A stretch of DNA of 64,000 nt, taken from positions 77,872,001 through 77,936,000 of the forward strand of contig OX597822.1 in NCBI GenBank assembly GCA_951406725.2, written 5' to 3'. Numbering within the stretch: position 1 is the stretch's first letter; the number at the start of each line of letters is the position of its first letter. This document shows positions 51,568 through 64,000 of the stretch, in pieces. Below the pieces are notes generated by a model. The model made no database searches and was not told the DNA's origin. It saw only the letters and a list, made by a program, of their open reading frames with translations. Position numbers and translations under genes: made by a program. Origin of the DNA: Octopus vulgaris (Eukaryota).

Positions 51568-52968
51568 ACAGAAACAAATTCAGTTTTGCTAAGTTTTGAT
51601 GTGGTAAGCCTCTACACCAATATTCCACACGATTTAGGAATAAAGGCGATTAAATACTGGTTAGAAAAACATAGAGAAGTGATTCCCAGCAGATTCACAG
51701 TGCCATTTATATTAGACACAGTCAAACTTATTCTAGAAAATAACACATTCTTCTTCAATGGAAAGAATTACATCCAAATTAGAGGCACGGCGATGGGAAC
51801 GAGGTTTGCTCCCGTTTACGCCAACTCTGTAATGGGATACTTAGAAGAACAACTCTACCAAGAGGTGGAGGTAAACTATGGCACTGGATTTAGAAAGTAT
51901 ATTGAAAAGGCATGGAAGAGATACCTAGACGACTGTTTCATAATCTGGACAGAATCTCTAAATACTCTGAAAGAGTTCAATATCCTCCTGAACAACCTAC
52001 ACCCATCTCTCAAATTTACAAAGGAGATGAGTAGTACCAAATTACCATTCCTGGATATAATGGTAATTAAAAAAGACACCACCATCACCACAGATATATA
52101 CTATAAACACACAGACACACATCAATACCTAAATTTTAAGTCGTGCCATCCACCACATACAAAACGTAACATCCCATACTGCCTAGCCAGAAGAATTTGT
52201 ACTATTGTAGAAGATGCAAATATCAGGAACAAACGCCTAATAGAACTAAGAGAATTTTTGCTCAAACAAAAATACCCATCTCTACTTATAGAAAATGGCA
52301 TACAGCGGGCTATAAAAATACCTATACAACAACTTAGGACAACCCAAGGAAGAGGAAAACAAGAACAAGTCATACCATTCATAGTGACACACAACCCATG
52401 TCACCAGAATATCTTCAACATTGCCAAAGCAAACCTACCAATCATTGCCCAAAGTAATGAATTAAAAGACATAATCAAGGATCGAGCTATGGTGCTTAGT
52501 AAAAGACAGCCTAAAAACTTGAAAACATTACTAACAAAGGCAAAATTTGACCTCAGCAACAAAGACCAAACATTCACGGTATCTAAATGCAATGATAGCC
52601 GATGTGGCACATGCCAATTCATACATACCGGTCAATATATAAACACAAAAACCGGGAAAATATTCACAAACGCGAATATGAACTGCAAAAGCAGAAATTT
52701 AATTTACTGCATCAAATGCCCAAATTGTGAAGAAATATATGTAGGTCAGACGGGAAACGCACTATTAGAACGCTCACGTGTACACCGGCAACAGATTAGA
52801 GACCCAGAGGTCCGTCAGATACCTTTGAGTAACCACCTAGCAACATGTGGTCGGAAAATATATATAATATTTCCATTCTACAAATTACACAGCCCAAGTG
52901 AAATCGAGAGGAAAATCAGAGAAAAGAATTTTATTGATAAATTCGAACCCAAGCTAAATAAGCAATAA
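51568..52968 (+). mobile_element. Penelope-like element (Neptune-like) ORF, 5'-truncated: reverse transcriptase + C-terminal GIY-YIG endonuclease
   Basis: Uninterrupted frame with RT motifs SFDVVSLYTNI, QIRGTAMGTRFAPVYAN, WKRYLDDCF and LPFLDI, a Cys-rich linker KCNDSRCGTC, and GIY-YIG LIYCIKCPNC..IYVGQT..ERSRVH. N-terminal RT motifs are missing. The ORF-track start at 51520 lies in the inverted arm. Confidence 0.95.
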
Positions 52969-53462
52969 TAATAATACTTAGAGGTATTACTTCCACTGCT
53001 ACGACCATGACCACTAACAACAACAACAATACTAAAGGTGATCAAGACGAAGATAGCAGGAAAATTATCTTATTTAGGGTTAAAAGTTCTATTGCCACCA
53101 CCATCACCACTAGCAACAATAATTAAGGTGCTGACAATGATGATGATGACAATTGAAATATAAAAATATAAAAATCTCTGACAAAGGATATTTACAACAT
53201 TTCTAAAAATAACCCAACAATTGCTGCTTCGGCCAGGGTCAAGATACAGGACTCTTGACCTGTCCAACAAAGCGTGATGCCTAAACCAATCAGCTCAACC
53301 AACCAATCAGCTTAAGTAATTGAGTGATACTACACACTGATTGGTCAGAATACAGTTTGCAAAACCTAGCACTCTGGAGCCTACCCAGCTGTATTTATAG
53401 CACAGAATCACTCATCTTGCTACAGTCAAAAATTGTGAAGCATGACTGTCAACACTACTACA

Positions 53463-53507
53463 TGAACCCGAAGATTGTAGAATTCAATGCATGAAAGTAC
53501 TAGTTCA
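53463..53507 (+). ncRNA. Minimal type I hammerhead ribozyme (U4C core variant) in the PLE 3' region; mirror copy 49655-49699 on -
   Basis: TGAAC | CCGAAGA | TTGTAGAATTCAATGCAT | GAAA GTAC TA | GTTCA. Stem I is TGAAC/GTTCA, stem II is TG(C/T)A/TGCA, stem III is the palindrome AGTACT, and the NUH triplet is CUA. Confidence 0.65.
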
Positions 53508-53669
53508 ATCAGAATGAATATTTAACATTCTACTATTTCATTTTATTTTATTCAATTATAATATATTATCTTATAATATATCATTATAAGATTGTAAATA
53601 AAACGTGAAAATCAGACAAGGTTGGAATTCTTTTTATTAATATATTCTTCTATACACAATAACACACAC

Positions 53670-53742
<73 letters not shown>

Positions 53743-54094
53743 GTGTGTGTGGTGGGGGTCCACTTTCCAGCGCTTGACAACCGGTGTTCATATGTTTACA
53801 TCTCTGTAACCTAGCGTTTCGGCAAAAGGCACCGAGATAATAAATATCAGGCTTTAAAAAAAAGCATTGGGATCGATTGATTCGACTAAAAATTATTCAA
53901 GGCGGTGCCCCAGCATGGTCGCAGTCTAGTGACTGAAACAAGTAAAAGGATGTGTGTGTGTGTGTGTGTGCGTGTTTGCGCGCGTATGTGCGTGTGTGTA
54001 GTTGAGAAAGGAAACACGATGCGACGATTCTATTAAATGTTTTCCAAAAGAAAAAAAAAACATGGTTAAATACCAAAGAATTTTTTTTTATTTA

Positions 54095-54282
54095 TCATAA
54101 GAGAGGACACAAGAAATACAGATGAAATATAAACACAGCAAAAATGGCTGTCATTCCGTTCGTTAGGGACAGCTTTAGGGACCCGGAGTTGGTTATAGTA
54201 GTTGTGGGTGCAGTTAGACTCGGCACCTCACATTCGTCTCGTTTCTGCTCTGACTGGTAAATAAGTGCACCAAGCGACCAAT
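54095..54282 (-). CDS. NTPDase (GDA1/CD39 family), last coding exon with ACR5
   Basis: Acceptor tttttaaag|, then (D)WSLGALIY (ACR5, WxLG), QSEQKRDECEVPSLTAPTTTITNSGSLKLSLTNGMTAIFAVFIFHLYFLCPLL, and TGA at 54097-54095. AATAAA follows immediately (54092-54087). Confidence 0.9.
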
Positions 54283-54361
54283 CTTTAAAAACAAAAACGA
54301 AAGGAAATTCAATGAAAAGCGATCTAAATAAAACAATTATCAAAATGTATGTTAAACAGAC

Positions 54362-54392
<31 letters not shown>

Positions 54393-54409
54393 CATACATA
54401 CATACATAC

Positions 54410-54452
<43 letters not shown>

Positions 54453-54480
54453 AAGAAAGATAGGTAGATAGGTAGGTAGG

Positions 54481-54538
<58 letters not shown>

Positions 54539-54542
54539 CAGA

Positions 54543-55040
54543 TGAATATGGTACTTAAGTTGAGGCACCAGAATAATTTAGTACGGTATTATACATACAA
54601 CTTCAAAGTAAGTGATTAAAATCAAAATAAGCAACAAGGATATCCAGAGGTAATGTAGTACGATCGTTTCATGCAACTCCATTTAATTGAACAATGCAAT
54701 CATTACATCAATTTAAAATGCAGAGCAATCCTCAGCTGCAGAAAGACATAGAATTTGATTAAATTAGAACAGATGGACACATTAGTATAATTATACCTAT
54801 AATCTCCAAGAAGTTAAGGAAATAGACAAAGAACATGCTGTCCTTAACTTCTTGGAGATTTTAGGTATAATTATACTAATGTGCCTATCTGTTCTAATTT
54901 AATTAAATTCTATGTCTTTGTGCAGTTGAATTTTGCTCTACATTTTAAATTGATGTAATGATTGCATTGTTCAATTAAATGGAGTTGCAGGAAACGATCG
55001 TACTGCATTACCTCTGGATATCCTTGCTGCTTATTTTGAT
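54543..55040. repeat. Fold-back hairpin (arms 54621-54820 and 54841-55040) with left extension, in (GATA)n, in an NTPDase intron
   Basis: 200-bp arms with scattered mismatches and a 20-bp spacer. Contains the hammerhead-like 3' half GAAACGATCGTA. Confidence 0.88.
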
Positions 55041-55213
55041 AGATAGATTCGAAAATTACACAGAAAGATATCAAAGGAACACGCGAAAATTTCACAAACA
55101 ATACGCGGACGTGCTCTTTCCTCATTAGTTATCGTCCATAAATCATAACAGTTTCACGCATTTAACGTTAATATTGTTCACTTTGGGGATAGCTAGCTAG
55201 CTAGCTAGCTAGC

Positions 55214-55338
<125 letters not shown>

Positions 55339-55366
55339 GGATGGATAGATGGATAGATAGATAAAT

Positions 55367-55434
<68 letters not shown>

Positions 55435-55989
55435 TGGCTGACCGACTCTTAGATAACAACTGGCAGATAGAATAGGTGATAGATCAGTGTTAAATAATAT
55501 ATTCACGCGCACTCGTACGTATGTCTACATATATAACAACACACACACACACATGTTCATACACATATACACACACACAGAAAGGGAGAGAGATGGGAGA
55601 GAGAGAGAGGGGGAGAGAGAAGCTGTTCGGAGGAGAAGAGCTAAAAATTTCATTTGCATAGAAAAAAAAAACATTTTGAGCAAACGAATGACGAGAAATG
55701 ATGAATAAATCAATTTAGAATTTAAAAGTTTATAAAACTAATTTCGGACCTTGTGCCAAGACTAGAAAAGAATAAAGCTAATCCAAGTGGACATATGTGA
55801 TTGTAAGGTTAGCATTATGATTACAAAACATCTTCAATATGACAGTCTCAGATTTCAGAATCCATTTAGCTTGGATTATTACAGTTGGTAATAGCCAGCA
55901 CTATTGAGATGTCAAATGAATCTGTACACCACTTTTCGTACTTCAGCTCTAAATTCCTTTCTATATATTTATTCATTATTTACCGTTCT

Positions 55990-56820
55990 TAAGGTAGCGA
56001 GATGGCAGAATCGTTACTGCGTCGGCGAAAAGAAATGTTTAGCGGCATTTCATCCGTCTTTATAATTTGAGTTCAAATGCCGCCAAGGTCGACTTTACTT
56101 TTCGTCTTTTCAGGGTTGCCCGTTGCCCCGAAATTGCTGGCCTTCAACCAAAATTTGGAACCATTATTTATCGTTCTTGGTAGCCATGTATATAGAGATT
56201 CTAAAGTGGCGAGCTGGCAGAAACGTTAGCACGCCGGTCGAAATGCTTAGCGGTATTTCGTCTGCCGCTACGTTCTGAGTTCAAATTCCGCCGCCGTCAA
56301 CTTTGCCTTTCATCCTTTCGGGGTCGATTAAATAAGTACCAGTTACGCACAGGGGTCAAGATAATCGACTTAATCCCTTTGTCTGTCCTTGTTTGTCCCC
56401 TCTGTGTTTAGCCCCTTGTGGGTAGTAAAGAAATAAGTATTTCGTCTGCCGTTATGTTCTGAGTTCAAATTCCGCCGAGGTCGACTTTGCCTCTCATCCT
56501 TTCGGGGGTCGATACATTAAGTATCAGTTACGCACTGGGGTTGATCTAATCGACTTAATCCCTTTGTCTGTCCTTGTTTGTTCCCTCTATGTTTAGCGCC
56601 TTATGGACAATTAAGAAATAAGAAACGTTAGCATGCCGGGCGAAATGCTAAGAGGTATTTCGTCTATCTTTACGTTCTGAGTTCAAATTCCACCGAGGTC
56701 GACTTTGTCTTTCATCCTTTCAGGGTCGATAAATTAAGTACCATTTGTGTACTGGGGTCTATCTAATCGACTGGCCCCCACCTCCCCAAAATTTCAGGCC
56801 TTGTGCCTACAGTAGAAAAT
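55990..56820 (+). mobile_element. tRNA-derived SINE family B (Meta/MESC-like core), tandem/nested cluster; representative
   Basis: GGCGAGCTGGCAGAA..GTTAG...GAGTTCAAATTCC...GCCTTTCATCCTTTCGGGGTCGAT. Other copies near 6895-7035 (-), 17577-17680 (+), 21355-21565 (-), 38220-38605 (-), 39510-40080 (+), 42172-42385 (+), 43943-44155 (+). Confidence 0.82.
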
Positions 56821-57267
56821 GTATATAGAGATTCTTTCATGTATAACGTTGCTATATTATTCAGGGTGCAAACATTTCGCCCGTTTTCACGTTCTGAAAA
56901 AGATGAAAGGGGAGCTCGACAAGATTCCAACTCAGAGAGAAGAGAGGCGTCAAAAAAACAACAAAAAAACTATAAGAACTATAATATGATAAATATTTCG
57001 TTAATTATTCCATTCTCTTGTCTCTGCTGTTGTAATTTAATAACGAGGTCGACTTTGCCTTTCATCCTTTTGGAGTCGATAACATAAGTCCCAGTAAAAC
57101 AGTGGGGTCGATCCAAATCTCACGAGCGCAAGCTCATACACACACATACATACACAAGCACTCGCACAACATACACACATTGAGACACACACTCACACAC
57201 ACACACACATGTATGCATCATAATAGAGAAGTGTTTACAAAGGCGAGAAAAAGAAAACAAGTGAAAT

Positions 57268-57356
<89 letters not shown>

Positions 57357-57409
57357 TGGTGCAACAAGGCACCAATGTTTACTAGAAATAGCAGACGATA
57401 AATTTACGA

Positions 57410-57484
<75 letters not shown>

Positions 57485-57501
57485 ATATGTATATATATAG
57501 G

Positions 57502-57537
<36 letters not shown>

Positions 57538-57691
57538 GGAGGAGAGACAGACAGACAGACAGAAAGAGAGGAAGAGACGGAGAGAGAGAAATGGTGAGAG
57601 ATAAAAAGAAAAGAAAACTGAACAAAACAAATAAAAAAAATAGAGGGCATAATAAAATAAAAAAATAAACATTCGATGTGTTTATAGTGAC

Positions 57692-57854
57692 CTGGTGATT
57701 TATTGTTGATTTTTTTCTTCATATAAATTGAGGTTGTGTTTTGAGGAAAGCCATAAGCGTTCTTCAGAAGTAATGGTATAAACACTCCGCTGATACAATT
57801 GTTCGAGGCATATTTGGGATTAGCACCAGTCACTTCAACAGCCTCATCTATCGT
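57692..57854 (-). CDS. NTPDase (GDA1/CD39 family), penultimate coding exon
   Basis: TIDEAVEVTGANPKYASNNCISGVFIPLLLKNAYGFPQNTTSIYMKKKINNKSP(D) matches the CD39 pattern YxxxxC...LLxxxYGF...KI. Acceptor ttgcag| phase 0. The phase-1 donor G|GTCACT is weak but frame-compatible with the last exon. Confidence 0.85.
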
Positions 57855-57894
57855 CTGCAACGACAAAGAGATAAAATAATAAAGACAAAGATGA

Positions 57895-58080
57895 AAAACA
57901 TGTAGATATGATCAAACATGTTTGGTAGAAATGTAAGACTTTTAAATATGATCAAACATGTTTGGTAGAAATGTAAGACTTGCAAATATGGTCCAAAATG
58001 TTTGGTAGAAATGTAAGATTTTTAAATATGATCAAACATGTTTGGTAGAAATTTAAGACATGTAAATATGATCAAACATA
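57895..58080 (+). repeat. 40-bp minisatellite, about 4.5 copies, in the NTPDase intron next to an acceptor
   Basis: Unit ATATGATCAAACATGTTTGGTAGAAATGTAAGACTTTTAA with the internal palindrome CAAACATGTTTG. Confidence 0.9.
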
Positions 58081-58870
58081 CTACCCAAATAGGCCATGAT
58101 AGGATTTGAGCTCAAAAGGTAAAGAACCGGAACACTCACAACAAAGAAGCCGATACGACGTTCTTATAATTTCTTCAGTCAACCGCTCTCCATCGGTACT
58201 ATTTTTATCGACCCCGAAAAAAGATTAAAGTGGTGCTCGACAAGATTCGAACTCAGAGAGGAGAGGAGCGTAAAGAAAAAAAAAACTATAATATGATAAA
58301 TATTTCGTTAATTATTCCATACTCTTGTCTCTGCTATTGTTATTTAATAACGACAAACATAAGATGGTTGCTATTTACAGTTAGGTAGGTTAGGGCGGCG
58401 AGAATTTTGGTCAAGAGTGTTATGCAATGTAAATGACACGTGGAAAGAAGACATCATTTTGCTTTTGCGAAATATAAATCTGAAACCTTATCGAATCATA
58501 CACCTGCAGGTCTTTAAACAAACACACACACTTCTATGTGTGTACGTGCGTGCGTGTGTACATATCTATGTATATATGTACGTATCTGTCTGTCTGTATG
58601 TACGTATGTCTCTTCTATTTTTTAATTATTATATATCTTCCACTGAAAAGGGAGCCGGTTTCCAACAAAGATACAAGGCTCCATTTTTGGAATGTAGTTA
58701 ACACAGACAAATTCATATTTGGAACTTGAGAAAAATATTTCATATTTTTACAGTTCCACTCACAGATTGGACTTGTAACGTACGAATTAGCTGGTTGATT
58801 GCTTGTTCTGAAAATCCCAATTTATCCATATTCTCCTATAAGCATTTACTAACAAACCCTTGTGCTCCAA

Positions 58871-58901
<31 letters not shown>

Positions 58902-59783
58902 TGTATGTATGTATGTATGTATGTATGTATGTATGTATGTATGTATGTATTGGTAGATATCGATCAATATATGAATATTAACATATCTGTCGTTGTGTCC
59001 ATGCTTAAGAGTTTCAAGTCGTTCATGGCTCAACACCTTTCTATACTTAACTGAAATACGTGCCACCAAATATTAGAACTATTCACTGCAGTGAATTCAG
59101 AAACATGAGTGTTTTACGTAAACCTGCGAACCTTGTGAAGGATACGGGACATTTCCACAGTTCCTGACTCTAGCCTATTTAATGGCCATTCCTTCAATAT
59201 CAGGAACCTTCGAATGGTCAGCACTATTTACGTAACTTTGAGTTTTCCTAGGTAGAGGTGTTGGCCCTACGCATAGCCATTTTGGTTCATATTCGCTTGG
59301 CCTCTATCCTTTGATCTACCCAGGATGGGAGTTCCCATAAGAAGCTTGCGCTTCGCTGAAATAGCATCCAAGGTCATTGAGGGATGCAAACCATCACACT
59401 GCCCCAAGGACTGGACCTTGTGGCGAACTGTGTACATAATAAATAAGACATAAGACGGGCAGGTCAACTACGTGATCATCTTGAAGGATTAAAATCTAAA
59501 CGTATTGTAGAGCTGGAAGAAAGCGTTGTAAGGTTGGTGTAGAGGGCTGAAAACCCTGACGCTGGTCTTGCGAACAGGTGTATAATTAGTTCTTTACTGA
59601 GAACTCGACACCGATAAAACACTTTATTGTAACCACCACCACAATCACCACCTCCACCACCATTAACATCTCTATCAGTGCAGCCATCCCGCTCCACGAT
59701 TAATATGAAGAAAATCTTGAAAAAGCACCTCAGAAAATCAAAGCAGAAATTCTGCACCTCACCCTCACACGAAACTTACTTAC

Positions 59784-60076
59784 CATTTCACAATAGGTTT
59801 TCGTATTTTTAATCATCAGATCCATATTAAGACGTTCATCGGCGTCTGTGGAATTGATTTGATTGGTTGGATAAACAAAGGCAGAAACGGCGTAGAATAT
59901 GGTATCACCAAGCGGAGATTGATAAGTGGTACCTATACTACACGGTTTCGGACTGCAATCGGACGGCGGCTGTTTGTTCAAGAAGTCTTCTAGAATTTCC
60001 CGGCAGCTTTCTGCGTTTCCGTTTCCGATCATTACTACAGATCGGCCGTTTTCGTCGCTGACTGTTGTGTTGTCAC
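59784..60076 (-). CDS. NTPDase (GDA1/CD39 family), internal exon
   Basis: (G)DNTTVSDENGRSVVMIGNGNAESCREILEDFLNKQPPSDCSPKPCSIGTTYQSPLGDTIFYAVSAFVY...KTYCEM has the GxGxxxxC, CxxxPCSxxxxYQP and FYAxSAF motifs of CD39-like enzymes. Acceptor cacag| is phase 1, compatible with the upstream exon; donor ATG|GTAAGT. Confidence 0.92.
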
Positions 60077-60383
60077 CTGTGTGGTTCCGAAAAAAAAAAT
60101 ACATAGAATAGATATGACTAGATATGATTACACACACACACACACACGCTCACTCACCCACACGCGTCGTGGTCGTCAACTTAATTATCAAATGACTTGA
60201 TAAAAACAAGAGGATAACTTAGTAATACTCTATAAGTCATCTGTTAAAAATCGAATAAAAATGGTTGCTTGTTAGCTTAAATGTCAAAGTGCTTTCAGAT
60301 CAACATGGAACGATTTATGCAACAGAATTGAAACTTCCCCCCTTCATCACAAAACAATAGCGTTCCTCATTGCAGACATTCCT

Positions 60384-60560
60384 GTATAGTTTTATATTTA
60401 AGAGATAAGGAATTATATACATTATTTACATTTGACCCATATTTGTCCTCATCATATTTGTTGTTAACACAACGCTTCGGCAGATATACCCTCCAGCTTT
60501 CATCAGGTGTCTTGGGGAAATTTCGAACCTGGGTTCTCATTCCTAAGGTAGTTTTCGATG

Positions 60561-60613
<53 letters not shown>

Positions 60614-60692
60614 TCACTGACTGGAATTGACCTCAGAATCTTTGGGTTAGTAGCCCGTGCCCTTAACCACTACGCCATATGCTGGTGGGCAT
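60384..60692 (-). mobile_element. Single copy of the tRNA-hammerhead SINE (in an NTPDase intron)
   Basis: Full head, (AAT)n, hammerhead and tail on the - strand. Only a vestigial fold-back (GCCATATGCTGGTGGGCATA) at the 5' end; the hammerhead GAAA is mutated to GAAG. Confidence 0.8.
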
Positions 60693-61047
60693 AAAGGTTT
60701 TAAACTACTTCAACAGGGGGCCACAGATCACTACTTTGTCCTGATTATATTTAAAATTTTTTGTAGCAATTCTAGTTCGCAATTTGGACAGGCATCACTA
60801 CAAAATAGCTTCGCTTATATACCTTTGTATATTGAAAGATAGCCTCTTCATGCCTGATTGCTAGGTGGTGGGTGGGGGCCTTCCTGTATTGAGTACTGTA
60901 TATCCTTCCAAGAAGGTCCCCCCCCACCACCACCATCAATATCTAGATGCCCGAGCCAATTGACCCCTCTACCACCCCACTATAAATCCGGCCTTGTAAT
61001 ATATTTAACAAGTGGCGTATATATTTTTATGTGTGAACGTATATATA

Positions 61048-61094
<47 letters not shown>

Positions 61095-61110
61095 GTATGT
61101 ACGTATTGAT

Positions 61111-61187
<77 letters not shown>

Positions 61188-61404
61188 GAGAGAGTGAAAG
61201 AGAGAGAGAGAGAGAAAAGAGAAAGAGAGAGCAAATGCATATGTGTGTGTGTGTCTGTGTATATGCGTACTTGTGCGTGTATATGTGCGTGAGAGTCAGT
61301 GTAGATACATACTTGTATGCGTGTATGTGTTTGTGTGCGCGCGCGCATGACTACATGTGTGTACCTTTATCTCCGAATCTTTGGTCTACCTTTCTGAATA
61401 TGTA

Positions 61405-62119
<715 letters not shown>

Positions 62120-62122
<3 letters not shown>

Positions 62123-62381
62123 TTCAGCAAAATTTGGATTCAAATGAATATGGTACTTAAGTTGAATGCACCAGAATTCTGTATGGTGTTATCCATATAA
62201 ATCCATGGGGTGATTATAATCAAAATAAGCAACAAGAATAACTCCGGTAATTTGGTACGATCGTTTCGCACTACATCATTTTATTAAACTGTTGTAATAC
62301 TTACAACATTTAATAAAATGATGTAGTGCGAAACGATCGTACCAAATTACCGGAGTTTTCTTGTTGATTATTTTGATTATA
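62120..62381. repeat. Fold-back hairpin (arms 62215-62297 and 62301-62381) related to 54543-55040, in (TA)n, in an NTPDase intron
   Basis: Shares the GAATATGGTACTTAAGTTGA extension and the GAAACGATCGTA motif with the 54.6 kb copy but folds back at a different point; 3-nt loop. Confidence 0.88.
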
Positions 62382-62783
62382 TATATATATATCATCCCTT
62401 TTAACTGTACACCTATATGAATATACATACGTATTTAAATACATACATATACATATGTAAACATACAGTATATTCGAACGCCACTATAAGCAGCCAATCA
62501 TGACTATGGCAAATCTGCGGAAATGAATATCGAATTTGATGGCATCAAAGACGCAGGGATATCTTAGACATACTGCAACTTCAACAGCGCATATTCAAAG
62601 CAGAAACGTTTTTAGTTCATTACAGCTTATTAGGGACCCAACGTCGCATATAGGACCTGGGGTGACTTTTGATGACGCTTTTTGGAACGTGTTTTATATC
62701 ATCAAATACGGTATGTCACTTATTCCAAGTTATTTGGCTGCCCGCCTAATATACAAAGAAACTTATATAAGGAACCTCTACGT

Positions 62784-63013
62784 CAGTGGTTCTTAACTGA
62801 GGTTCTTGTGATCGTTGGGGGTTCATATAAGAGTTTTTGTTAAAAGTTATGTGCAATAAGTTGCTTGTATTTCTAAAATGCATAACATATTTTAACAATC
62901 CCTGATAATATTTAATTCTAAAAATATAATGGGAATTTTTAAACATTGAATGGTTATTAGGGTTCAGTACAATAAAAAGGAGTCCATAGGTAAAAAGTGA
63001 TTGGGAACTACTG
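62784..63013. mobile_element. hAT-type MITE
   Basis: Termini CAGTGGTTCTTAAC ... GATTGGGAACTACTG. Confidence 0.6.
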
Positions 63014-63711
63014 TCCTACTTTGTCGTTTGCTACGTCTTAACTAAGAACACATTAGATAATATAGAATGGGGATTATTGAACGGATTAAAAAGACAAGAT
63101 GATCATTTCAGGACCACCTTTGATCATAGATCTGCTCTGCCAGCACTCTCCTATGGTTAAACATGGCAGTAACATAACTATCTAATAATGCAGTGCCGTA
63201 TCTTCTATATTATAGCCACAGGCATGGCTGTGTGGTTCAGAATTTCACTTCGCAACCACATGGTTTCCGGTTCAGTCCCAGTGTGCAGTGCCTTAGGCAA
63301 GTGTATTCTGCTATATCCCAGTTACCCCTGGGCTAACCCATGCCATTTGAGTGAATGTGGAGGACGGAAACTGTTTAGAGATCGATCGATCGATCCATCC
63401 ATCCATCCATCTATGGAACCAACCACAACACTAACAGCAATAATTCTTTCTATTACAGGCAACAAGGCTTGAAATTTGTGGGGTGAGGGACAGTCGTTTA
63501 CACTGACCCCAGTGCTCGATTGCTATTCAATTTATAGACCCACAAAAGGATGAAAGGCAAAGTCAACTTTCGCGGAATTGCAACTCAGAACGTAAATCTG
63601 CCAACCATTTTGTACCAACAGCAATAATACCAATGACAACCACTACATTTACAACTGTAACAACAGCAATACACTGTAAAGATTTGCGAGTATCGAGAAG
63701 AAATTACGAAC

Positions 63712-63947
63712 CCCTTAGGCGACACGGGTCTAAGACACTGTCATTTGTACCGCTTTGCTGAAGAAGATGATCTTGGACTCGTTCGATTAGATAAGCTTGT
63801 CCAAAATTTAGATAACTGTGTGCGTAGGTATGGTAGTAAGTGGAACCAATATGGGCGATAAACTTGTTGGCGTAGATAGGCGTTTTAGGAACGAAAACGA
63901 TTTGCGTGGAACCGCCACCCATTTCGAGAACTCCCACACTGGTGTTC
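63712..63947 (-). CDS. Ectonucleoside triphosphate diphosphohydrolase (NTPDase/apyrase, GDA1/CD39 family), internal exon with ACR4; gene continues beyond the window end
   Basis: NTSVGVLEMGGGSTQIVFVP...YAHSYLNFGQ...DPCRLRG contains the ACR4 motif (D/E)xGGxSTQ and the conserved YxHSYLxFG. Acceptor ttctttgcag|, phase-1 donor G|GTTCGT. Confidence 0.93.
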
Positions 63948-64000
63948 CTGCAAAGAAGAAAAAGACAGAGATAGAAATGAAACAAACGTAGCATAAACGA

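Overview
AT-rich, repeat-dense eukaryotic DNA, very probably from a coleoid cephalopod (Octopus), judged from the tRNA-derived SINE families and microsatellite load. Most ORFs in the supplied track are microsatellite translation noise. Two host genes can be assembled from splice sites. One is a complete two-coding-exon bursicon-beta-like cystine-knot neurohormone (+, 36822-37052 and 41359-41520, 130 aa, 11 Cys). The other is the last four coding exons of a GDA1/CD39-family NTPDase (-, 63947 to 54095), whose C-terminus looks like a GPI-anchor signal. The rest is transposon debris: RLE-type (R4/Dong-like), CR1 and RTE LINEs, three SINE families, Tc1/mariner, pogo and hAT MITEs, and a decayed LTR retrotransposon. 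The most striking structure is a Penelope-like-element (PLE) system. A 5'-truncated RT + GIY-YIG PLE sits as a 4.1-kb head-to-head palindrome, and about ten non-coding fold-back insertions share its architecture (inverted arms, one-sided tail, mostly microsatellite targets). Several of these carry minimal type I hammerhead ribozymes, including a tRNA-headed (Pol III) SINE with a hammerhead in its tail that inserts as inverted dimers. Separately, the LTR element has an apparent primer-binding site complementary to the first 12 nt (5' end) of tRNA-Phe instead of the usual 3' CCA end.
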